Shown: positions 63,301 to 64,000 of the stretch, one piece after another
Position numbering within the stretch: the first letter of the stretch is position 1
Layout: each line of letters opens with the position of its first letter
Assembly (NCBI GenBank): GCA_024704765.1
Contig: JAKMXF010000222.1
Location: forward strand, 1,554,400 to 1,618,399
Direction: 5' to 3'
From: Oopsacas minuta
Lineage: Eukaryota > Animalia > Porifera
Length of the DNA: 64,000 bases
The notes under the pieces: generated by a model
The model's database searches: none
What the model saw: the letters and a program-made list of their open reading frames with translations, nothing else
What the model was told of the DNA's origin: nothing
Position numbers and translations under genes: made by a program

Positions 63301-64000
63301 CTACTATAAGATAGTGTATAATGCTGACCTGTTTGTAGATAGAGTAACGGAAGCCTTAGAAACACCTTTATACTTCTTGAGTGCTCGCTCTATAACGAAC
63401 ACACATGAACTACAACTCATACCATGGATAACTACCTTCAGCACTGCTCTTTTAGACTCAGCTTTGTGTTCTTTAAGTGTAGCTCTGTAGCCCAGATTAG
63501 CAACCTCAGGTATCAGCTCTTGGACATCTCTTAGCTTAGGAGGATCGTATCTAATCCATAATATACGTAATTCAGAATTGCAGAATACAGTCACTTCCCA
63601 TAAGTTCCATTATATCGAACAAGCATATATGGAAATACCCGATTATATTGAAGTCTGGAAATGTACAATTATGGTTCCAAACAGTGTTTTATCTAGCCAC
63701 CCCTCAAAATGAATATTTCTAATACCCTCCCTGACGGGTATAACCATATAAGCAGTAAGCTTCATGTTAACCCCACCTTAGGCTTCAAGTTTCAACCTAG
63801 ATCCATTCCTGGTCCCCAAACGTGCCAAACTAAATAAAATAATCTGTTATATAGAACTCCGTAAATCGAAGTAATTTTCGCAGTCTTTGGGCTTCGATAT
63901 AATGGGAGTTGCCTATATCTCGTAGTATACTACTAAGAACTAACTTGACTATAAGTTCCTGTGTCAGGAGTTTGACAGTAACTGAAAGGACTCCATTTAC
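57364..64000 (-). CDS. ATP7: Copper-transporting P1B-type ATPase (ATP7A/B-like), 5'-partial
   Basis: Exons >64000-63945, 63550-63329, 62245-61731, 61079-60922, 60562-60163, 59398-58931, 58782-58550, 58255-57992, 57867-57750, 57683-57536, 57445-57364. Motifs GMSCSSC (HMA), [41 protein letters not shown] and MxxSS. Confidence 0.95.
59621..59752. mobile_element. hAT-type MITE in an ATP7 intron
   Basis: TIR cgtgggcgtag / ctacgcccatg; near-TSD agctaaat / agctaaac. Confidence 0.75.
61105..61700. mobile_element. Adjacent Tigger-type MITE (~61105-61301) and hAT-like MITE (61305-61700) in an ATP7 intron
   Basis: ctgtcaaatcccgttatatcgaa / ttcgataacgggagttgactg; caaggctgg / ccagccctg with internal ttaaccg subrepeats. 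TSDs not clear. Confidence 0.6.
63588..63915. mobile_element. Tigger-type MITE in an ATP7 intron
   Basis: ta|cagtcacttccca..ttatatcgaac and ttcgatataatgggagttgccta|ta. Confidence 0.65.

Overview
AT-rich eukaryotic (animal) genomic DNA with compact genes and very short GT-AG introns. Gene content and style suggest a basal metazoan, possibly a glass sponge; that is inference only. Host genes: a PH-SH3-RA signalling protein (+, 5' end unresolved), a PRDM12/6-like PR/SET + 3xC2H2 factor (-), an intronless bacterial/phage-type ATP-dependent RNA ligase (+), an SGK3-like PX-kinase (-), FDXACB1 (-), a 2185-aa four-repeat cyclic-nucleotide-gated K+ channel (CNGK/tetraKCNG-like, +), a GRAF/ARHGAP26-like BAR-PH-RhoGAP-SH3 gene with a probable GC-AG intron (-), and an ATP7-like Cu-ATPase running off the right edge (-). 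Between them lie a probable decayed multi-exon gene (~11.1-16.5 kb) and many DNA transposons. The most notable structure is a nest at 19.6-25.7 kb. A fold-back element contains a complete but dead Ginger1 transposon (20534-24861; TGT..ACA ends, GTGT target duplication). Once a nested Tc1 element is removed, the Ginger integrase reads in frame into a linker that leads, after further lesions, to a USP/USPL1-like cysteine protease domain. Next to it is a perfect 292-bp inverted duplication of an OTU-protease fragment. A MULE element in the window carries a RING remnant, so three transposon-associated sequences carry ubiquitin-system domains. I saw no rRNA, tRNA or CRISPR array. All exon structures and domain calls were made by eye, without database searches.
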